From assembly GCA_964594295.1 (NCBI GenBank), contig CAZQPP010000001.1:5039-69038 (forward strand): a DNA stretch of 64,000 nt, in the 5' to 3' direction. A program made the position numbers and the translations under genes. The notes below the pieces were generated by a model. The model was not told where the DNA came from, made no database searches, and worked only from the letters and a program-made list of their open reading frames with translations. This stretch comes from an uncultured Myxococcales bacterium (GTDB lineage Bacteria > Myxococcota_A > UBA9042 > UBA3505). Shown here piece by piece: positions 1 through 8,053 of the stretch; within the stretch, counting starts at the first letter, position 1; each line of letters opens with the position of its first letter.

Positions 1-1159
1 CCGCCTCCGTGTCCAGGTGCACCAGGCCGACAAGCGCGACCGGGTTCGGAAGGAACATCATGTTCCTCTGCCGCGGCAGGTCCTTGCCGTCTTCCTCGAA
101 AGAGCAGTGCAGCGACAGCAGCGCCGCCCCGCCCGACACCGCGACGTCCGGGAGGTGTCGCAGGCTTGCGTTCGGGAAGTCCGCCTTGACGCAGTCCTGG
201 AAGCTCGGCGTGTGGGTCGTCCCGCCCGTCATCACGACGTACTGGATCTCCTCCGCGCTCACGGAGGACTCCTCGAGGATATCGTCCCACAGCCTCTTGG
301 CGATCTTGTGCGTCGCCTGCACGAGCTCGTCGTAGCGTTTCCCGTCAAGGCGGAAGCGGAGGGCCTTGTCGGAGCCCGGCGTGAAGACTCTCGGGATCGT
401 GAACCAGGTCTCCGGGTCACGGCAGAGACCGCGCTTGGCCTGGTCGACCACCTCGAGGAGCTGAGCGAGGGAGGTCGGGTGCTTCACGTCGGCCAGCGTG
501 ATCCTGTTCTCCTCCAGCACGCGCAGGGCGGTCTGGAGGACCGTGAAGTCCATCGCGTTGCCCGCCATCAGGCCCTGCTCGCCGCCCTCGGCGAGGATGC
601 GCACCCCCTTTGAGGTGTTCCGGGCGACGGCGAAGCCAGAGCCGGAGTATCCCGCGGAGACCAGAGCTATGGTCGCTGTCTCTCGCCCCCCGATGTGGCG
701 CTCGCGGAAGAACTCGGCAGCCGCGGCGGCCTCGGAGCAGAGGGCGCACCTCTTGCCGGAGGAGGCCATCGCGTTGCGGAAGGCGCCGATGACGTGGCCG
801 TCGGCCCACATGGGGTAGGCGAGCATGACGCCGTCGGTCTCCCGGCTGCCGTACTGCTCGGCGCCCTCGATCGCCTCGGCGAGGAGGTTCGCGACGAGAT
901 CCCAGGTCTCCCACTTCTGCGCGCCGAGAGCTATCGCGAGGCCCCGCTCGAGCTGCTGGCAGAGGGAAGGGAAGAAGCGGCTGGCGTAGAGGTCCGCCGC
1001 CCGCGTCGGCAGCGAGATGGGGTAGTAGCGCTTCATCACCCGGAAGGTCTCCGGGACGTTCACGACGGTGCGCTCGCCGTCCGGGTACACGTAGGCAACG
1101 CGGGGGGAGCGGGAGCCGATGTCGATACCCAGGCGGATCGGCGTGTTCTCGTCCATCAT
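1..1159 (-). CDS. Hsp70-superfamily (actin-like fold) ATPase, second paralog. Partial: the C-terminus lies beyond the window start.
   Basis: Hand translation of the minus strand from ATG at 1159-1157 gives MMDENTPIRLGIDIGSRSPRVAYVYPDGERTVVNV... It carries Hsp70 nucleotide-binding-domain-like motifs: GIDIGS (phosphate-1), LVSAGYSGSGFAV (phosphate-2-like) and VVMTGGTTHTPSFQD (adenosine-motif-like). It is absent from the ORF track because there is no in-window stop. The start codon overlaps the stop of the upstream Hsp70 gene (ATGA at 1156-1159). The plus-strand ORF 17..613 in the track is its antisense shadow. Confidence 0.6.
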   Translation of the reverse strand, partial: MMDENTPIRLGIDIGSRSPRVAYVYPDGERTVVNVPETFRVMKRYYPISLPTRAADLYASRFFPSLCQQLERGLAIALGAQKWETWDLVANLLAEAIEGAEQYGSRETDGVMLAYPMWADGHVIGAFRNAMASSGKRCALCSEAAAAAEFFRERHIGGRETATIALVSAGYSGSGFAVARNTSKGVRILAEGGEQGLMAGNAMDFTVLQTALRVLEENRITLADVKHPTSLAQLLEVVDQAKRGLCRDPETWFTIPRVFTPGSDKALRFRLDGKRYDELVQATHKIAKRLWDDILEESSVSAEEIQYVVMTGGTTHTPSFQDCVKADFPNASLRHLPDVAVSGGAALLSLHCSFEEDGKDLPRQRNMMFLPNPVALVGLVHLDTEA

Positions 1160-3324
1160 GCTCCTCCCGTTCCGCGGACGATGAGAGCTTCGTCGTCCAG
1201 CATCTCTCCGCCGTGCTGCTGCTTGAACTCCTGGAAGGCCTTGTGCACGAGGTCCATCAGCCCCATGTGAGTGACCTCGACCTGCGGGTCGCCACGAGCC
1301 ACCTCATCGCGAAGCTGCTCGGCGGCCCTCCGGATCGCCGGCCCCAGCTGGCGGTCCTCCTGGGCTATGGTGTGCTCTGCGAGCCAGAGCGCAGACGCGA
1401 CCCCGCAGCCCGTGAGCATGGTCGAGTGGAGCGCCTGCATCACCTGCTTGGCCCCTTCCCGGTCCTCCCCGAGGGTCAGGTCCTGGGCGTGCCGGATGTG
1501 GTCGTTGAGCGTCTTGCGGGCGCCGGCATCCAGGAAGCTGTCGTATTCTTGCATGAAGCCCCGCGCGTGAGGGATGAACTCCGCGACCTGCCTGACCGGA
1601 TCGTCCTTTCTCCCGGCGGCGTCGGGCGGCTCGAGGCGCCAGGTGGGAGAAGCGCCGCTGCTCGACGTGGGGTAGTTCAACGATATGAGCAGCGTCCGGT
1701 CCCGGTCGTAGGTGAAGCAGACCTCCACGGGATCCCCGGCCTTCACGTCGGGTGGGATCTGGTCGATGGTGAGCATGGAGATCAGCGTGTTGTGAGAGGC
1801 CTTGGGCTGGTCTCCCTCGTAGATCAGGATCTGCATCCTGTCCTCGCGGGGGACCTGGAAGCGCTCCGAGCTCGTGACCGGGTACATCGTGCCTTCGCCC
1901 AGGATGGCCTGGTAGGCGTCCGTGTCGCTCCCTTTCCGGTAGGCGACGCCGAGGGAGCGGGGGATCGCGGCCGAGATCTCCTTGACCCCCGCAACATTGG
2001 CATCCATGTCGGATCTGGCGTTCAAGAGCTGCGCCCGGCAGTCCGGGTTCTGGCACTCTGCAGCTTCGAGAGGGTTTCGTGTCTCGCAGGCTTCGCACAC
2101 CAGGGCGTCGAGGCCCTGTGCGTACAGGGCGGCTCCCTTGGCCACCGCCTGCATCGGGTTGTAGGCGAGGCGCACGCGCCGCACTCCGTCGGTCTCGAAG
2201 ATGGACTGGAGGAGGATGCGCACGCGGTCTACCGCGCTGCTGCCCCCCACCATCAACACCTCGGTCAGGTTCTCGGGCTGCATGCCCTGCCTCGTCAGGA
2301 ACTCGGAGAGGATGCTGTGGATGCGAGCCTCTATGGGCTTCATGATCTTCTCGAAGTCACCCTGGGTCAGGACGAGCTCATCATCCTCCTCCTCGCACTT
2401 CTCCTGGAACCACCCACCGTCCCGGGTACGGACCGAGGGGATGTCCACGTAGACCTCGGCGGTCCCCGAGGAGAGGTTGTGCTTGGCTGCCCGGGCGCTC
2501 TCGCGCAGTCTCTGCAGGAGGTTGTGGTCGTCCGGCCCTACCTGCCCGCCTCGCTCCCGGATCCAGTCGACGACGTGGTCGAGGATGCGTTGATCGATCT
2601 CGTCTCCACCGAGGAAGTTGTCCCCGGTGTAGCCGAGGATCATCATGTCGCCTCCCGCGCGCTGCACGAGGGAGATGTCCAGGGTGCCCCCGCCGAAGTC
2701 GAAGACCAGGACCCGGGACTGCTCCTCCTTGGTGCCGGCGCCCTCCGACAGGGCCGCGGCGGTCGGCTCGTCGAAGACCGCGAGGACCTTCAGGCCGGCC
2801 AGCGCGCCCGCCTGCCGGGTTGCCTTCCGCTGGTGCTCGTGGAAGTAGGCGGGCACGGTGATCACGGCGTGAGTGACGGGCGCGCCCAGCCGGGCTTCGG
2901 CATCCTCCTTCAGCCTCCTCAAGACATGGGCCGAGATCTCCTCGGGAGCGGGCAGCGACTCGCCGAGCCTCACCACGACGCCGTGCCCGCCCGTCGGGTC
3001 CTCCTCGACACGGTAGCCTACCCGCTCCCGCGCGACCTGCACCTTCGGATCATTGAAGGAGAGCCCGACGAAGCGCTTGATCGAACGCACGGTGTTCCGT
3101 GGGTTGCGCTTCGCGTTGTTCTCGGCCTCCCGGCCGATCTGGACGGTCCTGTACGAGGCGCTGTCGACCCCCTTGGGCAGGGCGACGACCGACGGCGTGC
3201 TCTCCTCGTTGTCCGAGTTCGGCAGCACCCGCGCCTGCCCGGTCTCGTCGACGTGAGCTATCAGCGAGTTCGTCGTCCCGAGGTCGATGCCAACGCGCAG
3301 CGCGTTCGGAGTCGACTCAGCCAT
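1156..3324 (-). CDS. Hsp70-family chaperone paralog (DnaK-like NBD, Cys4 zinc-ribbon insert, SBD-like beta region and helical lid)
   Basis: ORF-track 722 aa. Canonical Hsp70 motifs are present: VGIDLGTTNSLIAHV, AVITVPAYFHEHQRKATRQAGALAGLKVLAVFDEPTAAAL and LVFDFGGGTLDISLV. The insert CEACETRNPLEAAECQNPDCRAQ (C-x2-C-x11-C-x4-C) follows the NBD. There is no EEVD tail. Confidence 0.85.
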   Translation of the reverse strand: MAESTPNALRVGIDLGTTNSLIAHVDETGQARVLPNSDNEESTPSVVALPKGVDSASYRTVQIGREAENNAKRNPRNTVRSIKRFVGLSFNDPKVQVARERVGYRVEEDPTGGHGVVVRLGESLPAPEEISAHVLRRLKEDAEARLGAPVTHAVITVPAYFHEHQRKATRQAGALAGLKVLAVFDEPTAAALSEGAGTKEEQSRVLVFDFGGGTLDISLVQRAGGDMMILGYTGDNFLGGDEIDQRILDHVVDWIRERGGQVGPDDHNLLQRLRESARAAKHNLSSGTAEVYVDIPSVRTRDGGWFQEKCEEEDDELVLTQGDFEKIMKPIEARIHSILSEFLTRQGMQPENLTEVLMVGGSSAVDRVRILLQSIFETDGVRRVRLAYNPMQAVAKGAALYAQGLDALVCEACETRNPLEAAECQNPDCRAQLLNARSDMDANVAGVKEISAAIPRSLGVAYRKGSDTDAYQAILGEGTMYPVTSSERFQVPREDRMQILIYEGDQPKASHNTLISMLTIDQIPPDVKAGDPVEVCFTYDRDRTLLISLNYPTSSSGASPTWRLEPPDAAGRKDDPVRQVAEFIPHARGFMQEYDSFLDAGARKTLNDHIRHAQDLTLGEDREGAKQVMQALHSTMLTGCGVASALWLAEHTIAQEDRQLGPAIRRAAEQLRDEVARGDPQVEVTHMGLMDLVHKAFQEFKQQHGGEMLDDEALIVRGTGGA

Positions 3325-3751
3325 TGTCCTGTTCCTCCTGCTTGTCCTTCTCCACGACGACGCGGGCCACTCGAAGCACCTTCCACTCCTTCTCTCCGAG
3401 GAGCTTCATCTCGTAGCCCCGGCGCAGGACCTCGAGGATGGTCCCTGGTGCCTCGCCCGACTCCCGCACCTCGTCGATCTTGTGGAAGCGAAGGTCCACC
3501 TGCCCGCCCGGGCACCCGAAGGGGCGCACACCGTGGGAGATGAAGGCCCGGTTCGCTCTCTCGATGGCCTTCGTCACGTTCTTGTGCTCGTCGCCGGTCG
3601 CTCTCCGCTGCCACTCCTCGAGCCAGTCGACGACCTCGATCACGGCGCCGACGAGGCTCTCGTGCTCCGCGAGCGCGCTCTTGATCAGGTCCTCGGGCGA
3701 CGGCCTCGCCATCACGCCGCGCATCTCCCTTGGGTTCAGCCTAGTCACCAT
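3317..3751 (-). CDS. GrpE-like nucleotide-exchange factor (short form), putative
   Basis: ORF-track 144 aa. The C-terminal segment RFHKIDEVRESGEAPGTILEVLRRGYEMKLLGEKEWKVLRVARVVV parallels the GrpE C-terminal signature FDPxxHQA...APGxVL..QKGYxL.GR.IR.AMVxV. It overlaps the Hsp70 start by 8 bp. The real start may be the internal Met (MRGVMARP...). Confidence 0.5.
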   Translation of the reverse strand: MVTRLNPREMRGVMARPSPEDLIKSALAEHESLVGAVIEVVDWLEEWQRRATGDEHKNVTKAIERANRAFISHGVRPFGCPGGQVDLRFHKIDEVRESGEAPGTILEVLRRGYEMKLLGEKEWKVLRVARVVVEKDKQEEQDNG

Positions 3752-4151
3752 TGTGCCTCCTATCCCCGAAAACCTCGGCGGGTGCGGGCAGCCGCGGAGC
3801 CCGGTCGGTCCACTCCTCTGCCGGGAGCGGCGGCGGCTCCTTCGCGAAGGCCTCTATGAGCTCGCGTGGCAGCCTCGCCCTCCAGCCGTCCACCTCCTGC
3901 ACGGAGGGCGCCTCTCGCGACAGCGCGCCGCAGAAGACCTCCAAGACGAGCCTCTGAGGCACCGATCGCAGAGCCCGCCACGCGCCGTGGACCGCCGGGT
4001 CGTTTCGGTCCGATCGGGTCATCTTGAAGCTGGCGTCGAGCACCTCGGTGTTCGAGCTGCTCGGGCCGACGCCGAGCCGCGCGAGGGCGACGAAAGGGTT
4101 GGGACCGTCCCACGGCAGCAGCGGATCGGCGAAGAGCTTCTCGTCGGCCAT
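3741..4151 (-). CDS. Small protein, possible degenerate J-domain-like co-chaperone (HPD replaced by NDP)
   Basis: ORF-track 136 aa. The segment LARLGVGPSSSNTEVLDASFKMTRSDRNDPAVHGAWRALRSVPQR has the spacing of a J-domain (YxxLGV..A..EIKKAYRKLA.KYHPDKN....AYEVLSD..R) but lacks the His-Pro-Asp triad. Its start shares one base with the CHAT gene stop (TGATG at 4149-4153). Confidence 0.35.
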   Translation of the reverse strand: MADEKLFADPLLPWDGPNPFVALARLGVGPSSSNTEVLDASFKMTRSDRNDPAVHGAWRALRSVPQRLVLEVFCGALSREAPSVQEVDGWRARLPRELIEAFAKEPPPLPAEEWTDRAPRLPAPAEVFGDRRHNGD

Positions 4152-7100
4152 CAGCCCTCCTTCACCGGAACCGGGACCAGGGTGGGACGCGCCTGGGTCC
4201 GCCGGCCTTGCATGAGGTCGCGCAGCCGCGACAGGTCGCTGCGCAGCTCCTGAACGGTTTTGTCATCGGGATTCAGATCCGGGTTGCGCTCCAGGAAGGA
4301 GTCCCCAACCTGGATCCCCTCGCCGCAAAGAAGCCTTGCCTCCTGGTGCTTCGACTCCTCCTTCAGCTCGATGCTGCGGATCGCAGAGATCTTCAAGAAG
4401 TTGCAGACGATGTGCGGCGTCTCGAGGGCGCGCACGGCGCTGCGGAGGAGGTCGTAGGCCTGCACGTGGCTCTTGTACGCGTTGGTTATGAAGATGGCGA
4501 CATCGGCCCGCAGCTTGGCCCACGCCCTCGTGACCACGGTGCTCCCCAGCGTCGCCGGGTGCCGGACCGACTCCAAAGCGCCCGCCAGGCGGCACGCGCG
4601 AACCAGCCTGCCCTCCAACGCCTCTCCATCCTTGTCGCCGGCGCCACCCTGCTTCTCCGCGTCGTACTCGCGAGTCGCCCCGATGGCCTTGTCGGCCCAC
4701 TCGCACAAAAGCCCCTCCACGTCACCGCCGCAGCTCACCCGCCTGCCCGCCAGTCGATAGCGGAGGGCCTCGAGGTAGGCGTCGAGGTCCTTGAGCTCTC
4801 GCAACGCCCTCTTTGCCGTCGAGAGCCGGGGTGTGCTGCGAGAGAGCTCTCGCCTGAGCTCCTCGAAGATCCGGCGGCCCGCCAGCATGGCTACGTGCGC
4901 GGAGAGCACGCGGCCCCGCTCTTCGTCCCGAAGGTTCGCGTGGAAAGGAAAGCGCTCGCCAAAGTCAGGTGCGTCGAGGAGCTCGTTGGCTCCTTCGCCC
5001 ACCTCCCCTTCCTCGAGCCGATCGGGGTCCGGCAGCAAGGACTTCGGGTCCTCTCCCCCCGTGCTCCCGAGGAGCGAGCCGAGCTCCGAGAATGAGAAGA
5101 CCAGGTCGTGGAAGGTCTCTACCGTCATGCGCTGGGCGAAGCGCACGTACTCGGCCTTCGACATCACGAGGAGCTCGGTGTAGACGCCGCTGAGCTCCTC
5201 GGCGACGGCGCCCAGGTAGCCGAGCCGGCGCGCAAGCTGGAAGCCCATGGCCGTCCCCCCGGGCACGGACTCGAGCGCGCTCGAGCTGCTCACGCCGAGC
5301 ATCTCCTGCTCGTCCAGGGCCCGCAAGCGGCGAACGAGCTCCAGGTCTCCCGTCCGGCTCTCGTGCTCCGCGAGGCAGTCGCCGAGGAGACCGGCCAGTC
5401 GGTCCTTGACCACCTCGACCAGCTCCCCGAGGTCGGCGGGGCGCGGCAAGCCGTAGACGTCGAAGCGCTGCCCGACCCAGGCGCGGACGCCGGACCTGCA
5501 ACCCCTCAGGGCGCCCAGGAGAGCGATGCACCGGTGGTAGAGGTCCTCGAAGAGCCCAGGATCGTCCGTGAGCGAGGCAGCGTGCAGGCAGATCAAGTAG
5601 GCTCCGCGAAGCCCCTCGAGCTGGACGAGGGGGCGCGTCGACTCCAGCGACGGGGCGACGCCGGCCCAGGCCTCTTCGACGGCCTCGCTGACCCTCCCTC
5701 CAGCCGCCAGCACCGCCACGCGGTCGGCGGGGGCGAGGCCCTCGAGGAGGGCGTCCGGCACGCACGTGGCGCCTTCCGCGACAGCCTCGAAGAGCGCTCG
5801 CAGCGCAGCGTTTGCGGCGGGTGGGTTCGTCGCCGGCAGGAAGGTGGCGTCTACCTCGAGCCGTGGCTTCGGCTTGCTCAGCCGGCGCAGAGAGCCTTGC
5901 TGCAGGCGCTTGGTGCGCGGAGAGTCGTGAGAAGGCGTCAGCTTCAGGATCTCCCCGGCGCTCATGCCGGGGTGGGCACCGGCCGCGGAGAGCACGAGGT
6001 AGTCGTGAGGAGCGTCGAGGGAGCGGCCGAGCTGGATCGGCGCCACCTCGTTGAGCATCACGGAGGCGAGCTCCGGCGGCAGGGAGGCGAGATCTGTCGC
6101 CTCCGAGTCGCTCGCCGGAGGTGCGGAGGCGAGGTAGGACTCCAGCCCGGCCAGGTCGTCGGGGATGTCTTGCCCGGCGCCGTCGGAGCTCCGCTCACCC
6201 GAGAGCCAGCGCAGCAGCTCCGCGCGCGCCCCGGGGAGCAGCAGCTCGGCGGACGGCCGGGAGGCTCCGCTCAGGCGCTCCAGGACCCGCGAGCGCAGGC
6301 TCTCGGTGAGGGCGGCCAGGCTCGCCTGGAGCCGATCGCGCTCCTCGTCGCTCAGCTTCGCCGCAGGCTCCGCCGACAAGAGAAGGTCCTCAGCGATGCG
6401 CAGGGCTCGCACGACCTCGGCCAGGTCCTCCGGCCCCTCCGCGTTGTCGATCTCTCTGCCTCGCTCCGCCAGCCACCCGCTCAGCTCTACGGCGTAGATC
6501 TCCCCGGCCAGGTCCGGCAGCGCCCCTCCGGGTTGCCCCGGCCCGAGCGAGCCGGCACGGACGAGCTTGGAGCACGCCTCGGGGAGCCTCGGCAGGGTAC
6601 CCGAGGACACGGCCGCGAGGTCTCCGAGAGCATCGACGCCCAGGGACACCGACTCGCTCAGGCGCCCGTGAAGCTCGCGCAGCAGCTCAACCTTGCGCCG
6701 TCCTCCGCGCGGATCGACGGCCACCGCCCCGGCGGTCCCGGGCAGGTCCGGGATGCGCTTGCTCCAGGCATCAAGCAGAGCGCTCCAGTTTCGCGCCGGC
6801 CGCGCGGCTTGGAGCTTGATGTCATCCTCGAGCTCGCCCAGGCTGGCCCGCAGCGCAGAGACACGGTCTGTCTCCTCAACGAGCTTCTTGGCACGCGCGG
6901 CGATGGGCGCCGACGGGCTGGACACGTAGCCCTTGAGGATCTGTAGAGCGCGCTTGGTGTTCCCCTCGTTCGCGAGCTGAATCGCCCTGTCGAAGACCTG
7001 CACGTCGCCTACGTCGAGGAGGGGAGGCAGGCTGGACGGGACGTACATGACGGGCAGGAACCACTCCGGCTCGCCGGCGAGGAAGAGCTCTTTGAGCGCG

Positions 7101-8053
7101 AGCCAGAAGGCGATCTCGGCGTGCCGGGCTCTTGGTCCCGATGGGTCGAGGAGGGCACGGTAGAAGTGCCGGAAGAAGGTCTGGAGCGTCTCGCGCTGCA
7201 TCCGGTCCACGAGCCCCACGACCCTGGCGCCCGGCAGGCGCCGGGCGATCTCGAAGGCGAGCGGGCTCGAGTGACACACCCCCAGCACTACGAGGCGCAC
7301 GTCCTTCAGAGCGGCCAGCCGCTCCGCGAGGACATGGTGCTGCACCGTGTTCGCGTGATCCTCCAGCCCGTGCAGCGACACCACATCGGGAGCGCGATAG
7401 CCGTGGGCCAGCACGTTGACGACGTGCCAGGTCGGGTCCTTGCCCGCCAGGGCCTCGAGCTGGGAGAGGGTGTCCTCTCCCTCGACGACCTTGTTGCAGG
7501 CTCCGGAGCCACCCAGGGCGCGGTGGGCGGCGCCGATCTCCTCCACTATGGGCTTGCAGTCGAAGCGTTCCAGCGGGGGGTCGCACGCGAGGGTCAGGGT
7601 CTTGAGAGGGCTCTTCTCCAGCTCGAGCACGGGTGCCGGCTCGCCGTGGACACCGCGCAGCAGCACACCGCCGGTCGAGACGAGCGGACGCTTCCGCTCG
7701 TCGATGGCGGCCTCCCACGCCACCTGCTCCAGATCCCGCCAGGCATCCTCCGCGGATCGGGGCGGGCGCAGCACGAAGGGGACCACGCCGTCCCCCTTCG
7801 GACGCCCTGCGATCGCGCAGGTCGAGGCGTGGATCCGGGCGCCGAGGCGGTGGAGGCGCTTCTGCTCGGTGGCCTTCAGGTCGCCGCACCACGCCAGCTC
7901 GGCCACGCTCGCGCTCTCCTCGCGGAGCTCATCGAGGTCGGCCTCGAGCAGCACCTCGAGCCCACGAACATCTCCCTCGTGGACCTCGTATACCGCCCAG
8001 CCGGGCCGGACTCGGCGAAGGACCAGCTCGACCGGCGACCCGAGCGCCTTCAT
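4151..8053 (-). CDS. CHAT-domain (caspase-like Cys protease) protein with a long C-terminal helical/TPR-like region
   Basis: ORF-track 1300 aa. The N-terminal ~330 aa carries the CHAT His/Cys dyad contexts HVVNVLAHGY and RLVVLGVCHSS. The rest is helical repeats. ATGA overlap with the upstream TPR gene at 8050-8053. Confidence 0.8.
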   Translation of the reverse strand: MKALGSPVELVLRRVRPGWAVYEVHEGDVRGLEVLLEADLDELREESASVAELAWCGDLKATEQKRLHRLGARIHASTCAIAGRPKGDGVVPFVLRPPRSAEDAWRDLEQVAWEAAIDERKRPLVSTGGVLLRGVHGEPAPVLELEKSPLKTLTLACDPPLERFDCKPIVEEIGAAHRALGGSGACNKVVEGEDTLSQLEALAGKDPTWHVVNVLAHGYRAPDVVSLHGLEDHANTVQHHVLAERLAALKDVRLVVLGVCHSSPLAFEIARRLPGARVVGLVDRMQRETLQTFFRHFYRALLDPSGPRARHAEIAFWLALKELFLAGEPEWFLPVMYVPSSLPPLLDVGDVQVFDRAIQLANEGNTKRALQILKGYVSSPSAPIAARAKKLVEETDRVSALRASLGELEDDIKLQAARPARNWSALLDAWSKRIPDLPGTAGAVAVDPRGGRRKVELLRELHGRLSESVSLGVDALGDLAAVSSGTLPRLPEACSKLVRAGSLGPGQPGGALPDLAGEIYAVELSGWLAERGREIDNAEGPEDLAEVVRALRIAEDLLLSAEPAAKLSDEERDRLQASLAALTESLRSRVLERLSGASRPSAELLLPGARAELLRWLSGERSSDGAGQDIPDDLAGLESYLASAPPASDSEATDLASLPPELASVMLNEVAPIQLGRSLDAPHDYLVLSAAGAHPGMSAGEILKLTPSHDSPRTKRLQQGSLRRLSKPKPRLEVDATFLPATNPPAANAALRALFEAVAEGATCVPDALLEGLAPADRVAVLAAGGRVSEAVEEAWAGVAPSLESTRPLVQLEGLRGAYLICLHAASLTDDPGLFEDLYHRCIALLGALRGCRSGVRAWVGQRFDVYGLPRPADLGELVEVVKDRLAGLLGDCLAEHESRTGDLELVRRLRALDEQEMLGVSSSSALESVPGGTAMGFQLARRLGYLGAVAEELSGVYTELLVMSKAEYVRFAQRMTVETFHDLVFSFSELGSLLGSTGGEDPKSLLPDPDRLEEGEVGEGANELLDAPDFGERFPFHANLRDEERGRVLSAHVAMLAGRRIFEELRRELSRSTPRLSTAKRALRELKDLDAYLEALRYRLAGRRVSCGGDVEGLLCEWADKAIGATREYDAEKQGGAGDKDGEALEGRLVRACRLAGALESVRHPATLGSTVVTRAWAKLRADVAIFITNAYKSHVQAYDLLRSAVRALETPHIVCNFLKISAIRSIELKEESKHQEARLLCGEGIQVGDSFLERNPDLNPDDKTVQELRSDLSRLRDLMQGRRTQARPTLVPVPVKEG

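Noticed and set aside
17-613. 198-aa plus-strand ORF at the window start
   Set aside because: It is antisense to the well-supported minus-strand Hsp70-like gene (GIDIGS... motifs). Its composition is typical of a high-GC frame shadow.
1213-3543. 776-aa plus-strand ORF
   Set aside because: It is fully antisense to the Hsp70 gene, which has canonical DnaK motifs. It is Arg/Gly/Leu-rich with no motifs.
5108-6946. 612-aa plus-strand ORF, and other long Arg/Gly/Pro-rich ORFs (4965-5765, 6876-7892, 7121-8119)
   Set aside because: They are antisense or out of frame within the CHAT gene, which has a clear His/Cys dyad. The low-complexity RGPA composition is typical of spurious ORFs in ~70% GC DNA.
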